64,000 nt of DNA from an uncultured candidate division Zixibacteria bacterium (GCA_963735035.1 CAVTJJ010000004.1:64001-128000), one strand, 5' to 3'; shown: positions 41,014 through 51,810, numbered from the stretch's first letter. Notes: generated from the letters alone by a model not told the origin. Made by a program: numbers and translations.

Positions 41014-41595
41014 TCACCGGGGCCAATTGTCCATATCGTAATACGGCTCTGCCACTTGCTGCAATACAATACCCCGAAACTGGGCATATTTTGCCCCCAG
41101 ATCAGGCTGCGCTGATACAAAGGCATAGTTCGGATGGTTGCCCCAGACCCGACGGATCGCCGCCTCGATTTCAAGGGCTTCAGGGATCGATTCATTCCGG
41201 ACGTCATCGCGAGTGTAATAAGCCTCTCCCAGCGATGCCGCCGAACCGAGCTGGATCACCAACGTATAGCGCCGATGCTCTTTTTCCAGTGTAGTGCCGA
41301 CCTCGTGCATGGATTCCGGGTGAAACGCGAAAGCATCGACCGTCCCGCGATCGGTAACGAACGATCCTTTTCCGGCGGCGACTTCACGGGCAACCTGACG
41401 CGTATAGATTTCACGGTGCAGGGCGGCCTTGTTGCGGCGAATATCCGGATTCTCGCTCAGAATGATACGGGCCAACTCTTCGAAGAAGAGAAATCCGCTC
41501 ATCGGAATCTCCCGTTTCAGACGCTCCATGAACTCGGTCTTGGCCGAGCCGGGGGCGCCGGTGACGACAATTCTGTGCACCCGCTTGTCTGGCAT
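41014..41595 (-). CDS. NadR/Ttd14-like P-loop (AAA_28) protein
   Basis: IVVTGAPGSAKT, ELAR, DRGTVDAFAF, RNES..EA. Confidence 0.75.
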   Translation of the reverse strand: MPDKRVHRIVVTGAPGSAKTEFMERLKREIPMSGFLFFEELARIILSENPDIRRNKAALHREIYTRQVAREVAAGKGSFVTDRGTVDAFAFHPESMHEVGTTLEKEHRRYTLVIQLGSAASLGEAYYTRDDVRNESIPEALEIEAAIRRVWGNHPNYAFVSAQPDLGAKYAQFRGIVLQQVAEPYYDMDNWPR

Positions 41596-41950
41596 TTCAG
41601 GGTAATTTACAGGTGACCGGACTGGGTGTCAAGCGAGGACGTTTCGGTCTATCGGGTGAGTTATTACCCGAAAGGTTGTGTCAGGTCCTGTCCCCGGCCC
41701 ACCGGAGGTGGGGTGGGGATGTGAACTGACACTACCACTTCTTCACATTAGGCGGTGTCAGTTCACACGCCCCCGATTGAAATCGGGGGCGCAGGAACTG
41801 ACACAACCTTTCCCAGCGTTATGGGACTTCCTCGGGAGGTCCACCGCCCAGAAGAATGGCTCGGTGCACCTTGAGAAGTGCCACCTGCACCAAGGAATTG
41901 GTTGAACTGGGCCGCCGCAGTCGCTATTCTAATGTATCAAGGAGACTGAC

Positions 41951-43123
41951 ATGAACATTTCCAAAGTACAAGAATCTCTGCGGGCAAGAAATCTCGATGG
42001 CTGGCTTCTGGCCGATTTCCACGGTCGCAACGAAATAGCCGTACGCGCGATGGACCTCTCCTCGCACCTCACCCGCCGTGCCTTCTATTTCATACCGGCA
42101 AAGGGCGAACCGACCGCACTGGTCAATCCGATAGAACAGAGCCGGTTCGCGCATGTCGCCGGAACAGTTACGGTTTATCGCGGCTATAAAGGTCTTGAAG
42201 CAGACCTGGCTAAGACTCTCAAGGGTGCGAAGAAGATCGCGATGGAGTATTCGCCCAACGGTCGATTGCCGTATATCGGACTGGTCGATGCCGGTACGAT
42301 CGAGCTGGTTCGTTCTTTCGGGGTGGAAATTGTATCGTCCGGCGATCTGGTGGCCGATTTTCAGGCCCGCCTCTCCCCCGCTCAGGTGGACAGCCATCGC
42401 AAGGCTGCGAAACTTGTTAACGCGACCAAAGATGCCGCCTTTGCATTTATCGCTGATGCGCTGAAAGCCGGGCGCACGGTCACCGAGTATGACGTCTGCC
42501 GCTTCATTGCTGATCGATTCAAAGCGGACGGTATGACTTATGACTACCCGCCGAATTGTTCGGTCGATGCCAACGCCGGGAATCCGCATTATGATCCCAC
42601 ACCGGAGAAGTGCGCGATCATTCGCAAAGGAAGCCTGATTCTGATCGATCTCTGGGCGCGTTTTGACAATGCCGACGGCGTCTATGCCGACATCACCTGG
42701 ATGGGTTTTGCCGGAAGCCGCACCGAGATCCCCAAACAGCACGTTGAGCGCTTCGCTGTAGTAATCAAGGGACGCGACGCCGCGGTAAAATACCTGAAAG
42801 AGCATATCGGCAAGCGACCGGTGCTTGGGGCGGAAGTCGATGACGCCTGCCGCGCTGTCTTCGACGACGCCGGTCTTGGCCCGCAGTTCACTCACCGCAC
42901 CGGACATTCGATCACCTGGAACGTCCATGGCGATGGTCCTAACATTGATAATCTCGAGACTGAGGACAATCGCGCACTGCAACCGGGGCATTTGTTCTCG
43001 GTTGAACCGGGTGTTTATTTCAAGGATTCCGGTATGCGTAGCGAAATAAACTGTCTCATTACTGACAACGGCCCGGAAATAGCCACCCAGCCGCTGCAAA
43101 CCGAAATCATTGCGTTGCTCTGA
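41951..43123 (+). CDS. M24 Xaa-Pro aminopeptidase family protein
   Basis: NPHY, LIDLW, YADIT, HRTGH, FSVEPGVY, RSE; RBS AAGGAG. Confidence 0.93.
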   Translation: MNISKVQESLRARNLDGWLLADFHGRNEIAVRAMDLSSHLTRRAFYFIPAKGEPTALVNPIEQSRFAHVAGTVTVYRGYKGLEADLAKTLKGAKKIAMEYSPNGRLPYIGLVDAGTIELVRSFGVEIVSSGDLVADFQARLSPAQVDSHRKAAKLVNATKDAAFAFIADALKAGRTVTEYDVCRFIADRFKADGMTYDYPPNCSVDANAGNPHYDPTPEKCAIIRKGSLILIDLWARFDNADGVYADITWMGFAGSRTEIPKQHVERFAVVIKGRDAAVKYLKEHIGKRPVLGAEVDDACRAVFDDAGLGPQFTHRTGHSITWNVHGDGPNIDNLETEDNRALQPGHLFSVEPGVYFKDSGMRSEINCLITDNGPEIATQPLQTEIIALL

Positions 43124-43125
43124 TT

Positions 43126-43719
43126 GTGTACGTTACTGATGACATGATTGCTGCGATGGCGGTCCGCTACGGCGAACCGCACCGGCGAACGTTCGAGATC
43201 GACGCGACCGCCAAGGAGCTGGCGCGGATACGTTCGTCACAGACCGAGGGTCGCAATCACGATGTCACGTTGTATATTCGCAAGGATGACCTACTGGTAG
43301 TAATCGCAAAGCATGTCTATCCCCCGGCATTGTATAGGGCGCCGTCGGGCGGACTTAAACCGGGTGAGGATTTCGAGACCGGAATAAATCGTGAGATTGC
43401 CGAGGAAACGGGCTGTCGGATAGCGCTCAAACGATTCCTGCTACAGACCGATGTCTGGTTTCGCCACAAGGACGATCATGTCTTCTGGCGTTCGTTCGTA
43501 TTTGTGGCCGACTATGTGGATGGCGATTTCCAGTACACCGACCATCATGAGATTCTCGAGGTTCATTTGGCGGCCTGGGATGATTTCGAGGCGTTCGGAC
43601 GTACCATGCGAACGATGGAATTCGGCGGCCTGCACTATCGCGCCGCACTCCACGAGACGGTCGTGGAACTCATGACCGATGAAAACCTGGCCGGTCCGAC
43701 GCGAAGGGACACGCATTGA
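43126..43719 (+). CDS. NUDIX hydrolase
   Basis: Nudix box GGLKPGEDFETGINREIAEETG. Confidence 0.9.
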   Translation: MYVTDDMIAAMAVRYGEPHRRTFEIDATAKELARIRSSQTEGRNHDVTLYIRKDDLLVVIAKHVYPPALYRAPSGGLKPGEDFETGINREIAEETGCRIALKRFLLQTDVWFRHKDDHVFWRSFVFVADYVDGDFQYTDHHEILEVHLAAWDDFEAFGRTMRTMEFGGLHYRAALHETVVELMTDENLAGPTRRDTH

Positions 43720-45269
43720 CGTCACGCCTGGTGAAACAATCGCTCGTGGCCGCCACTCTCGTGACGGTTGGCGGGAATATTGTTGGGCGGTTGTTTGGAT
43801 ATCTTCGCGAGGCGGTTACGGCCGGATATTTTGGCACATCGGCTGCGCTCGATATCTTTCTAATAGCGTTCGTCATCCCGGAGATTCTGACATTCATAAT
43901 ATTCGCCGCGCTGCCGACCAGTGTGATCCAATCGACTGCATCGACCGGCGAGCCGGACGATAAGCGCAACAAGGCCCTCTTCTGGAATGGCTTGTATGTG
44001 CTCGCGACGATACTTCTTGGGATAACGGCCGGTCTGGTACTGTTCCGTCATCAGATCATTCAGATAACCGCGCCGGAGTTGGTCGGTGATTCGGCGGTAG
44101 CCGCCGCGCGATTGCTTGGTATAGCGGCGGCGGTCGTGTTCTTTCGTGGTCTCGAAGCCTATTTTCGGGCGTGGCTGTTCAAGCAGAAGCATTTTGTCGC
44201 GCCGGCGCTCGCCCCGATCGTTCTCGATTTGATTTTGATCGGATGGATGATGTGGGGATATGAGTCGCTTCAGGTCGAAGTGCTCGCGTACGGTTGGCTG
44301 ACCGCCTCGGCGGTGCTGTTCCTGATTCATGCGGGGATTGTTATCGCGGTGGTCAAACCGGGTGTTCCCTGGCGACAAGACGGGGTATCGGTCAAGCCGC
44401 TGCTTCGGATGACCATGGCAGTGGCGGCGGTGGAATCGGCGTCGCTGGTGTTTCCGGCGATAGATCGGTATCTCGCGATTCGCTATCTCGGCGAAGGCGA
44501 AATCGCGGCGTTGCGCTACGCGCTGTTTTTGTCACAGGTGCCGCCCGGCATGCTGGTGGTTACGTTTGCGGCGGCGGCGTTCCCGTGGATAAGCGACATG
44601 GCAAGTTCACAGCCGGAGAAGCTAAGTGAATTCTATCGCGAGACATTGCGTCTGGTCGTATTCGTGATCACACCGCTGGCGCTGGCGTTGATAGTGTTCG
44701 CGCCCGAAGTAGTCGCGATCGCGTTCAAGCGGGGCGCTTTCGGGGAGCAATCGGTGCTGCTGACATCGGGGCCGCTGTTGTGCTACGCGCTCGGCCTGAT
44801 TTTCTACGGCGTGTATTTCTACCAGATTCGGTATTACTACGCGCGCAATCTCTTGAGCCGTCTCGGTCTGATTCTCGGCTCGACCCTGTTGTTGAAACTA
44901 GTGGCCTCAGCGGTTTTGGTGCGGTTCCTGGCGGCGAACGGCCTCGCGCTCGCGACTTCGCTGGCCTGGCTGACGACCAGTGTGATCATGACAATCGATC
45001 TGGCGCGCAATCATCAACTTCGACTGTCGTCCGACATCACAGGCTGGCTTGTGCGGCTGGTTATTTCGGTCGCAGGTGCTGGTGCAGTGTGGTTACTGGT
45101 GAGAAAGTTCTGGCCACTTTCGCCGGAGTCCGGCTTAACCTTGCAGTTCGTGTGGCTCATCTTGACGGGACTGTGCGGCTTCGCGGTCTATATCGGCCTG
45201 TCATTCGTGCTGAAAATGCCCGAACCGACGCGCGTGTGGGCGATGCTCAAGAGCCGATTTGCGAAATGA
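43716..45269 (+). CDS. murJ: Lipid II flippase MurJ/MviN family
   Basis: GRLFGYLRE..A.YFG, IDRYLA, FKRGAF, GLALATS; ~14 TMs. Confidence 0.85.
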   Translation: MTSRLVKQSLVAATLVTVGGNIVGRLFGYLREAVTAGYFGTSAALDIFLIAFVIPEILTFIIFAALPTSVIQSTASTGEPDDKRNKALFWNGLYVLATILLGITAGLVLFRHQIIQITAPELVGDSAVAAARLLGIAAAVVFFRGLEAYFRAWLFKQKHFVAPALAPIVLDLILIGWMMWGYESLQVEVLAYGWLTASAVLFLIHAGIVIAVVKPGVPWRQDGVSVKPLLRMTMAVAAVESASLVFPAIDRYLAIRYLGEGEIAALRYALFLSQVPPGMLVVTFAAAAFPWISDMASSQPEKLSEFYRETLRLVVFVITPLALALIVFAPEVVAIAFKRGAFGEQSVLLTSGPLLCYALGLIFYGVYFYQIRYYYARNLLSRLGLILGSTLLLKLVASAVLVRFLAANGLALATSLAWLTTSVIMTIDLARNHQLRLSSDITGWLVRLVISVAGAGAVWLLVRKFWPLSPESGLTLQFVWLILTGLCGFAVYIGLSFVLKMPEPTRVWAMLKSRFAK

Positions 45270-45310
45270 CTCTCTTCGGCGGCCCACCCAGCGGGCGGGT
45301 TGTTCGCCTA

Positions 45311-45676
45311 CTAGAATTGAATTCGCTTTGACCACCTGAGATTGTCTACTACGACCCATTCACTGCCACGCCTGCAAAACCAGACGGCGAAGAGCGGTGA
45401 GGACCTATTCCAGAACATCTCCATTATCTCAACAGTTGTATCGCGATAATGTGGAAACTGCTCTAGTAAGCCATAACGATACTCGAGGAGAGTATCAGAG
45501 AGCGGAAACGTCTCGCGACGATCTGCAGGTCCATACTTTGCGACGATTTCTTCAGGGCTGAGCCCATCGATGCCAGAAACCTTATAGATATTGTTTGACT
45601 CCGACAGGTAAGCCCAGTGTGCGAAGGCCATCGCGCATCCTGCGATAATGCCAATAGCTACAAATCGTTTCTTCAT
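45311..45676 (-). CDS. Hypothetical protein
   Basis: RBS GAGGT, N-terminal hydrophobic anchor, IVAKYGPAD. Confidence 0.6.
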   Translation of the reverse strand: MKKRFVAIGIIAGCAMAFAHWAYLSESNNIYKVSGIDGLSPEEIVAKYGPADRRETFPLSDTLLEYRYGLLEQFPHYRDTTVEIMEMFWNRSSPLFAVWFCRRGSEWVVVDNLRWSKRIQF

Positions 45677-45759
45677 ACCTCACCACCATTTACGGAGCTA
45701 GTAGGTCGGGTTCGCCGCATTGATCATTGGAGCGGCAAACCCGACAACGTGCTCGCACG

Positions 45760-46470
45760 CTACTGTGCAATCTCAAACGCCACCTCAACCGTGGCTTGCT
45801 CCTCGATCATTCCGACTGCGATATTCGAGGTGTTGTCCTCCGAACTCATAAGCATTTCCGCCGCAACATTGACGTTCCGTCTGGACCGATCGGCGTAAGG
45901 CGACAAGACATTCGTTGCGCCGCTTTCTATTACGGAGTGAATTCGACCCAAAGACCCACCTAACGCCTTGATTATCGTCTCCGCCTTTAGCCGACACGCT
46001 TCGGCGGCTTTTTCTCTTACCTTGATCCTTACTGCGAGCGGATCAGCCAGTTCGAAGCTCACGTCACGCACCTCGTCCACTCCAGCATCTACCACTCGCG
46101 ACACAAATGGACTGACAACGTTCATGTCGGTGATAGTCACGACTATCGTCGCATTTACATAATGCTTGGTCCGCTTTGCGTTGGCCGGGATTATTACATA
46201 CCGCTCCGTACGCACATCTTTCTCGGGAATGTTGTATTCTCGGGCCAGTGCATTCACCGCCGCCATCAGACTGTCTACACGGTGCTTGGCCGGCTCGAGT
46301 TTGTCCTGACGCGATTCGAGTCCCAACGTGATGACCGCCTTGTCTGGAGGGACAGAAACGACCGCATCACCCTTCACCCGGATCAATCTCAGACTGTCAC
46401 ACTCGGCGCCAAAGACCGCGGTCGAAAACACCACAAATAGAACGACACCCAACCAGATCGCCTTCTTCAT
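45760..46470 (-). CDS. SIMPL/DUF541 protein
   Basis: Signal peptide, VKGDAVVSVPPD, KAE.I..ALG..LG, ATVEVAF. Confidence 0.88.
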   Translation of the reverse strand: MKKAIWLGVVLFVVFSTAVFGAECDSLRLIRVKGDAVVSVPPDKAVITLGLESRQDKLEPAKHRVDSLMAAVNALAREYNIPEKDVRTERYVIIPANAKRTKHYVNATIVVTITDMNVVSPFVSRVVDAGVDEVRDVSFELADPLAVRIKVREKAAEACRLKAETIIKALGGSLGRIHSVIESGATNVLSPYADRSRRNVNVAAEMLMSSEDNTSNIAVGMIEEQATVEVAFEIAQ

Positions 46471-46674
46471 TTCACTACCTCCGATAGTAAGTTCAATTTC
46501 TGAAGATTATACAATTGTCGCGCCCGAGTCTTCCCCAAAAACCATCTATCTATCTGCGGTCGAAGATGTCGGGTTTGGCGCTCCAAAATCAATGGACCGA
46601 ACCCGACCTACCCGAATCTAATCCCACCCGCAAGCGGTGGGGCACCCGAGCGTCAGGCCCCGAGTTGGCCTGAC

Positions 46675-47601
46675 CTACGGCACCATCCGCCACCGCATCT
46701 TAGCCGGCAGCGTGCGAAACAAATTGATCCGGCTCGACAAATACCCCCGCCAGCGATCTTCATACTCTTTGAAGACCGGCAGCGATGTCAGCGTGTGCAT
46801 CATCGCCAACTGATTGATGTGCAGTCGATGGTACGCCCCGGTCGTTGGATTGCGCGGCGTCTCCGGCAGATGATAAAGCGACCAGTAACCGATATCGTAT
46901 CGTGGCAGCCAGGCGGCCAGAGTATTCACGCCGGAATCCCACAGCTTGGTCGCGTCGGCGTTGTCTGCTCGCGCCAGATCGCACAATCCCCACATGGCAT
47001 AGATACAGCCGTTGAGCACATGACACGACGGCTGGCACGGATATTCCTCATAGAACGGGCCGACATCATGATAGGTCGTAACACCGCCGTCGCGCACCTC
47101 GCGGGCAAACGGCCCGAGTCCGCGCACGGCTGATTCGAGATACTTGTTGTCGCCGAGTATCGCCGACGCGCGACAGAGGACTGAAATCGCCAACCCCTGA
47201 ATCATGGCCGACCGGAACGGTGGTTCGAGCCCGTATTCTTTTTTGGGAAACAACGACAACCAGGCGCCATCCCCCTGCTGATTGGCCGCCAACCATTCCG
47301 CACAGATTTGAGCCCGATTGAGATTCTCTTCGGTCTGGTGGCGTCGGTACAACTCCAGATTGGCGAGCGCGTAGATCGAGAGGTGGGTCGGAAACACCAT
47401 CACTTTCCCGAGCGCGTCGATCATCGGCAGACCGGACGGGTCAAACGGCCCGGCGAAATCGGCCCTCGGGCTGAAATCGACGTAATAGGCGAGCGGGTCA
47501 GAGCGGTCTTGAATATTGGTCGGTACCGAGTGGTAGTAGTTGTGTGACTCGAGACCAAAGTATTCAGCCAGGTTGGACAGGTTTTGGCGGATATCGGGCA
47601 T
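46675..47601 (-). CDS. D-glucuronyl C5-epimerase-like protein
   Basis: SAMIQGLAISVL.RA, FYEEYP, HVLNG.IY, WSLY, YH.LHINQL. Confidence 0.88.
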   Translation of the reverse strand: MPDIRQNLSNLAEYFGLESHNYYHSVPTNIQDRSDPLAYYVDFSPRADFAGPFDPSGLPMIDALGKVMVFPTHLSIYALANLELYRRHQTEENLNRAQICAEWLAANQQGDGAWLSLFPKKEYGLEPPFRSAMIQGLAISVLCRASAILGDNKYLESAVRGLGPFAREVRDGGVTTYHDVGPFYEEYPCQPSCHVLNGCIYAMWGLCDLARADNADATKLWDSGVNTLAAWLPRYDIGYWSLYHLPETPRNPTTGAYHRLHINQLAMMHTLTSLPVFKEYEDRWRGYLSSRINLFRTLPAKMRWRMVP

Positions 47602-47672
47602 ATGCTATTATACCGGGTAAGTTGTTGACGGGAAAGATAGTAATGTATGGCAACAGCCTCGTGCCCCAAACT

Positions 47673-47847
47673 GCAGGGTTCTATCCTTGCCGTGGCGAAC
47701 TAAGCACGGCAGGCCCGGAGGCCTGCCGATTAAGAAAGGGTCTGTTGTTTGCGAAGAGACAGGAGTCCGAGAGCCTCTTCCCCTAATCGGCAGGATTCCA
47801 CCCCTGCCTTGGCGAACTAAGCACGGCAGGCCCGGAGGCCTGCCGAT
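47673..47847. repeat. Direct repeat of a ~58-bp double-hairpin unit (period 117)
   Basis: TGGCGAACTAAGCACGGCAGGCCCGGAGGCCTGCCGAT occurs twice; related copies at 61808-61902. Confidence 0.85.
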
Positions 47848-47875
47848 CGTAGGACAGGCCGCTAACATTAATGCC

Positions 47876-47903
47876 TTGACGGGCGGACGGTTTGTGCTAT
47901 ATT
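47876..47903 (+). promoter_or_regulatory. Sigma-70 promoter of the rpmH operon
   Basis: TTGACG-16 nt-TATATT with extended -10 TG. Confidence 0.7.
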
Positions 47904-47931
47904 CGAGGGCTAATTTAGAAACAGGCGGAAA

Positions 47932-48084
47932 ATGAAAAGAACCTTTCAACCATCGAACCGTAAGAAACTGAACGATCACGGCTTCCGTGCCCGCATGGCG
48001 ACCAAGAACGGTCGCAAGGTGCTCGCGCGCCGTCGGGCTAAAGGCCGGAAACGGTTGGCCTCTACAGTTGGTCGGAAAAAGTAA
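47932..48084 (+). CDS. rpmH: 50S ribosomal protein L34 (not in ORF track)
   Basis: [42 protein letters not shown]. Confidence 0.98.
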   Translation: MKRTFQPSNRKKLNDHGFRARMATKNGRKVLARRRAKGRKRLASTVGRKK

Positions 48085-48415
48085 GTTACCACGCTCGGTC
48101 AGCCTCAAGCGCCGGGTCGAAATCGATTCACTTTTCGATACGGGGCAACGCTTTCCGACCGATTTTTTCACCCTCATCTGGCAGCCGGCCGAACAGTTCA
48201 GGTATGGCGTCTTTGTCGGGAAATCTATCGGGGCGGCCACCCGGCGTAATCGGGTCAAGCGCCGCTTCCGTGAGGCCATTCGTCTTAGCCGCGCAAATCT
48301 GGGCGTCCCTGGGCTCGTGGGTATATTGCCACGCCGGGCCGACCAGGATCCGCCGCTGGAACGGTTGATCAACGATGTCACTCGGGTCTTTGAGCAAATC
48401 AGTCGCAACAAGTGA
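48068..48415 (+). CDS. rnpA: RNase P protein component
   Basis: [23 protein letters not shown]; position after rpmH; start uncertain. Confidence 0.92.
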   Translation: MVGKSKLPRSVSLKRRVEIDSLFDTGQRFPTDFFTLIWQPAEQFRYGVFVGKSIGAATRRNRVKRRFREAIRLSRANLGVPGLVGILPRRADQDPPLERLINDVTRVFEQISRNK

Positions 48416-48650
48416 CCGGCCGAGCCTCGCCGCCTGGCCGCTTATTCTGCTTATCTATTTGTATCGCATAACGTTATCACCTATTTTGCAGTACTGTTTT
48501 GGGGTCAATTGCCGCTACTACCCCACTTGCTCCCACTATGCCGAGGACGCCCTCCGGAAATACGGAGCACGGCGCGGGAGCATCATGGCGGCCAAACGAC
48601 TGTTCCGGTGCCACCCGTGGCACGAGGGAGGGTTTGACCCGGTCAGGTAG
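48390..48650 (+). CDS. yidD: Membrane protein insertion efficiency factor
   Basis: CRYYPTCSHY, RLFRCHPW..GGFDPV; start uncertain. Confidence 0.93.
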   Translation: MSKSVATSDRPSLAAWPLILLIYLYRITLSPILQYCFGVNCRYYPTCSHYAEDALRKYGARRGSIMAAKRLFRCHPWHEGGFDPVR

Positions 48651-48701
48651 ACCGGCCGTCAACTACCGCCGACTCGAAATTCTTCGACGGCAGACAAGGA
48701 T

Positions 48702-50420
48702 GTGGTCTTGGACAAGAAATCAATTGTCATTATCGTTCTCTTGGCCGTACTGGTCATCTTCTACTGGCCAATTCTCGAGAAATTCGGTCTGGTCAAACCG
48801 CCTGAACCGCCGGCCACTCCGACCACGGTCGACACGGTTCAATTGGCCCCCGGTCAGACGCCGGCCGCGACCGGCACCCCGTCTGTTTTAGATTCCGGCG
48901 GAACCACGGCTCTGATCGTCACGCCGCCGATCGATTCCATCAAGATTGACACCCTGGTCGTCGAGACCAATAAGTACCGCGTCCTTCTGTCTTCTCTGGG
49001 TGGTGGACCGGTCTCGATTCAGCTCAAAGACTACACGTATCGCGACGGTCGCCCGATCGAGTTGATTCCGAACGGCACCCGCTCCGACCTGGATGCGTCG
49101 TTCGGTGGCGGGACATTCTCGACATCGTCTATACCGTTTGTCTGTAATTTTCCCGCAGGCTCGCAAGACGCCACCAAGCAGCCGCTCGAAGTTGTCTATA
49201 CCTACGCCGGTCCGAACGGCGGCAAGATTGTCCGCAGTTTTGTGTTTCGCCCGGATGACCATTCGTTCGATCTGAAGTTCGCGGTCGAGGATCCGTCGCG
49301 TCTCGGATTCGAGCGTGAGTATCAGATCGGGTTCAATACTCCCCTGGCTCCGACCGAGCCGGACCTTCGTGACGACTGGACCAACATGCAGGCGGCCTCG
49401 ATGATGGCCGGATCGCGGGCGAAGCTGGATGATTTCAACGACGGGGTGCTGAAGCAAACCATCGAGGGCGATGCCACCTGGGTTGGTATCCGCTCAAAAT
49501 ATTTCGCGTCGATTCTGATTGCGCGAAGTCGCAACGCCGAGGGAGTTTACGCCAACGGTCGTAAGCAGGATGTTATGACGGCCGACGGCGGTATGCTCGA
49601 AGAGAAGCATATCACGGCCGGTTTCAAGATGCCGTTTGCGTCTTCCGGGACGGTCGTCGACAGCTTCACCGTGTTTGCCGGGCCTCTCGACTACATGATG
49701 ATGTCCGATTACAATGTCGGTCTGCAGGATATGCTTGATATCGGCACCACGCCTTATGTCGGCTGGATCATCAAGCCGTTTGCCATAGCGATCATGTGGA
49801 TCATGCCGATTCTGTACGGCGTCTTTCCCAACTATGGCATCGTCATCATAGTATTCGCACTGTTGGTCAAGCTGATAACGCTGCCGCTTTCGCTGAAATC
49901 ATTCAAATCGATGTCGGCAATGCGCGAGTTGCAGCCCAAAGTGGACGATCTCAAGAAGCGATATCCGAAAGATCCCCAGAAACTCAACACGGAGATGATG
50001 AAGCTCTACAAAGAGCACGGCGTCTCACCGTTGTCGGGTTGTCTGCCGATGCTGCCGCAGATGCCTTTGATCTTCGCACTCTTCTCTGTTTTCCGCGCGA
50101 CCATTCTCCTGCGCAACGCGCCGTTCTTCTGGTTTCTCGACGATCTTTCGCGCGGCGCCCAGTCGTTCACCGATCCATATATCATTCTCGTACTGCTCAT
50201 GATTGTCGCCCAGTTCTACTCGCAGAAACTTACCATGGCCTCGGGACAGCAGAACAAGATGTTGATTTATCTGATGCCTCTGTTCATGGGCTTCATCTTC
50301 TACAAGTTCGCGGCCGGATTGGTGTTATACTGGACAATAACCTCCGCATTATCGATGGTTGACTATCTTCTTCTGAGACGTAAGAAGAACCTGCAGGTGA
50401 AGACAATCGGCACGGTATGA
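48702..50420 (+). CDS. yidC: Membrane protein insertase
   Basis: NYGIVII, LQPK, GCLPMLPQMP, FFWFLDDLS, GLVLYW. Confidence 0.96.
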   Translation: MVLDKKSIVIIVLLAVLVIFYWPILEKFGLVKPPEPPATPTTVDTVQLAPGQTPAATGTPSVLDSGGTTALIVTPPIDSIKIDTLVVETNKYRVLLSSLGGGPVSIQLKDYTYRDGRPIELIPNGTRSDLDASFGGGTFSTSSIPFVCNFPAGSQDATKQPLEVVYTYAGPNGGKIVRSFVFRPDDHSFDLKFAVEDPSRLGFEREYQIGFNTPLAPTEPDLRDDWTNMQAASMMAGSRAKLDDFNDGVLKQTIEGDATWVGIRSKYFASILIARSRNAEGVYANGRKQDVMTADGGMLEEKHITAGFKMPFASSGTVVDSFTVFAGPLDYMMMSDYNVGLQDMLDIGTTPYVGWIIKPFAIAIMWIMPILYGVFPNYGIVIIVFALLVKLITLPLSLKSFKSMSAMRELQPKVDDLKKRYPKDPQKLNTEMMKLYKEHGVSPLSGCLPMLPQMPLIFALFSVFRATILLRNAPFFWFLDDLSRGAQSFTDPYIILVLLMIVAQFYSQKLTMASGQQNKMLIYLMPLFMGFIFYKFAAGLVLYWTITSALSMVDYLLLRRKKNLQVKTIGTV

Positions 50421-51810
50421 GCGCGGAAGAATCGAAAAAAAAAAGTCAGTCGACGTTGCTGACGACACAATCGCCGCTATCATTACGCCGCCCGGTCAGG
50501 GCGGCGTAGCCGCGGTTCGGATCGCCGGTCCAAATTCCTGCGAAATTGGGGAACGCCTCTTGCGCCTAAAGTCGGGGCGGAAGCTCACGCCGTTTTTGAT
50601 GCGCCACGGCGAATTTCTCACGTGCTCCGGGGAGTTTCTCGATGAGGTCCTGGCGGTGTTTATGCCGTCGGGTCGATCCTACACCGGCCTCGACCAGGTA
50701 GAGATATTCTGCCACGGCGGCCGCGAAGTCGTGAAGATCATTCTACATCAGATCCTGTCTTTGGGAGCACGCGCGGCTGAGCCGGGCGAGTTCACCAAGC
50801 TCGCCTTTCTGAACGGGAGAATCGACCTTGCCGAAGCTGAAGCAGTCGCGGAAGTAATATCAGCGTCGACCGAGGCTTCATACCGGGCCGGGAGAGACCA
50901 CCTGATCGGGATCTACTCAGAGTACGTAAGCACACTTCGCAACGATCTACTGGCCGCTTTGGCCGATATCGAGGCATCGATTGATTTCGCCGAAGACGAT
51001 GTCGCGCAAGTCGATACGACGATGTTGATAACTCGCCTCGAAGTTATCCACAATCAGATCACAGAGTTAGTCGCTTCTTATAATGGTGGTAGAATCGTTC
51101 GCGAGGGATTCCGGGTGGCGATTTGCGGCCGACCCAACGCCGGCAAATCGTCGCTCTTCAATACCCTTCTCAAACATGAGCGAGCACTGGTTGATCCCGA
51201 ACCGGGGACAACGCGAGACTATCTCTCGGAATGGATCGATCTCGGCGGGTTCGCAGTGAATCTGATCGACACCGCCGGAATGAGAGATGATGGTGATCGC
51301 GTCGAGAGACAGGGACAAGTAAAAGCCCAGGAGATCGTCGAGCGCGCCGATATGGTGGTGTGGGTCGCCGATGTCTCATCGCCAAGGTGGTATGAGACAG
51401 CGAATTCTGATATTCAAGCAGTTGTCAAGCCACGTAAGTTATTAGTGGGCAATAAAATAGACCTATTGACTACGAGTGACTATTCTTGGCCTTCGGGAGT
51501 AGTGCCAGTCTCGTGTCTCCGCGGTGATGGCCTCGATCAGCTCCTGGAGACTATATTACACTATATTAATGATACGATGCCCGACCTGACGTCCGGACAT
51601 GTGGTCACCTCGGCTCGACACAAACGTTGCCTCGAGCTGGCGGCCGACGGAATCAACCGAACACGGAATGCCGTTGAGCAGGGCGAGTCGGCAGAGATAC
51701 TGGCCTTCGAGCTCCGACAGGCGGCCGATCATCTGGGCGAGATCACTGGCCAGGTGTACACCGAAGAGATCCTCGGCGAGATTTTCTCCCGCTTTTGCAT
51801 TGGTAAATGA
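50417..51810 (+). CDS. mnmE: tRNA modification GTPase, frameshifted in an A10 tract (50435-50444)
   Basis: [22 protein letters not shown] is in frame with the 50560 [28 protein letters not shown] 50417 is out of frame. Confidence 0.93.

Noticed and set aside
41924..43099. 391-aa minus-strand ORF (likewise 39079-40020, 5276-6202, 18594-19457, 58623-59489, 61901-62761)
   Set aside because: These are antisense shadows of better-supported genes in GC-rich DNA, with no recognisable motifs.
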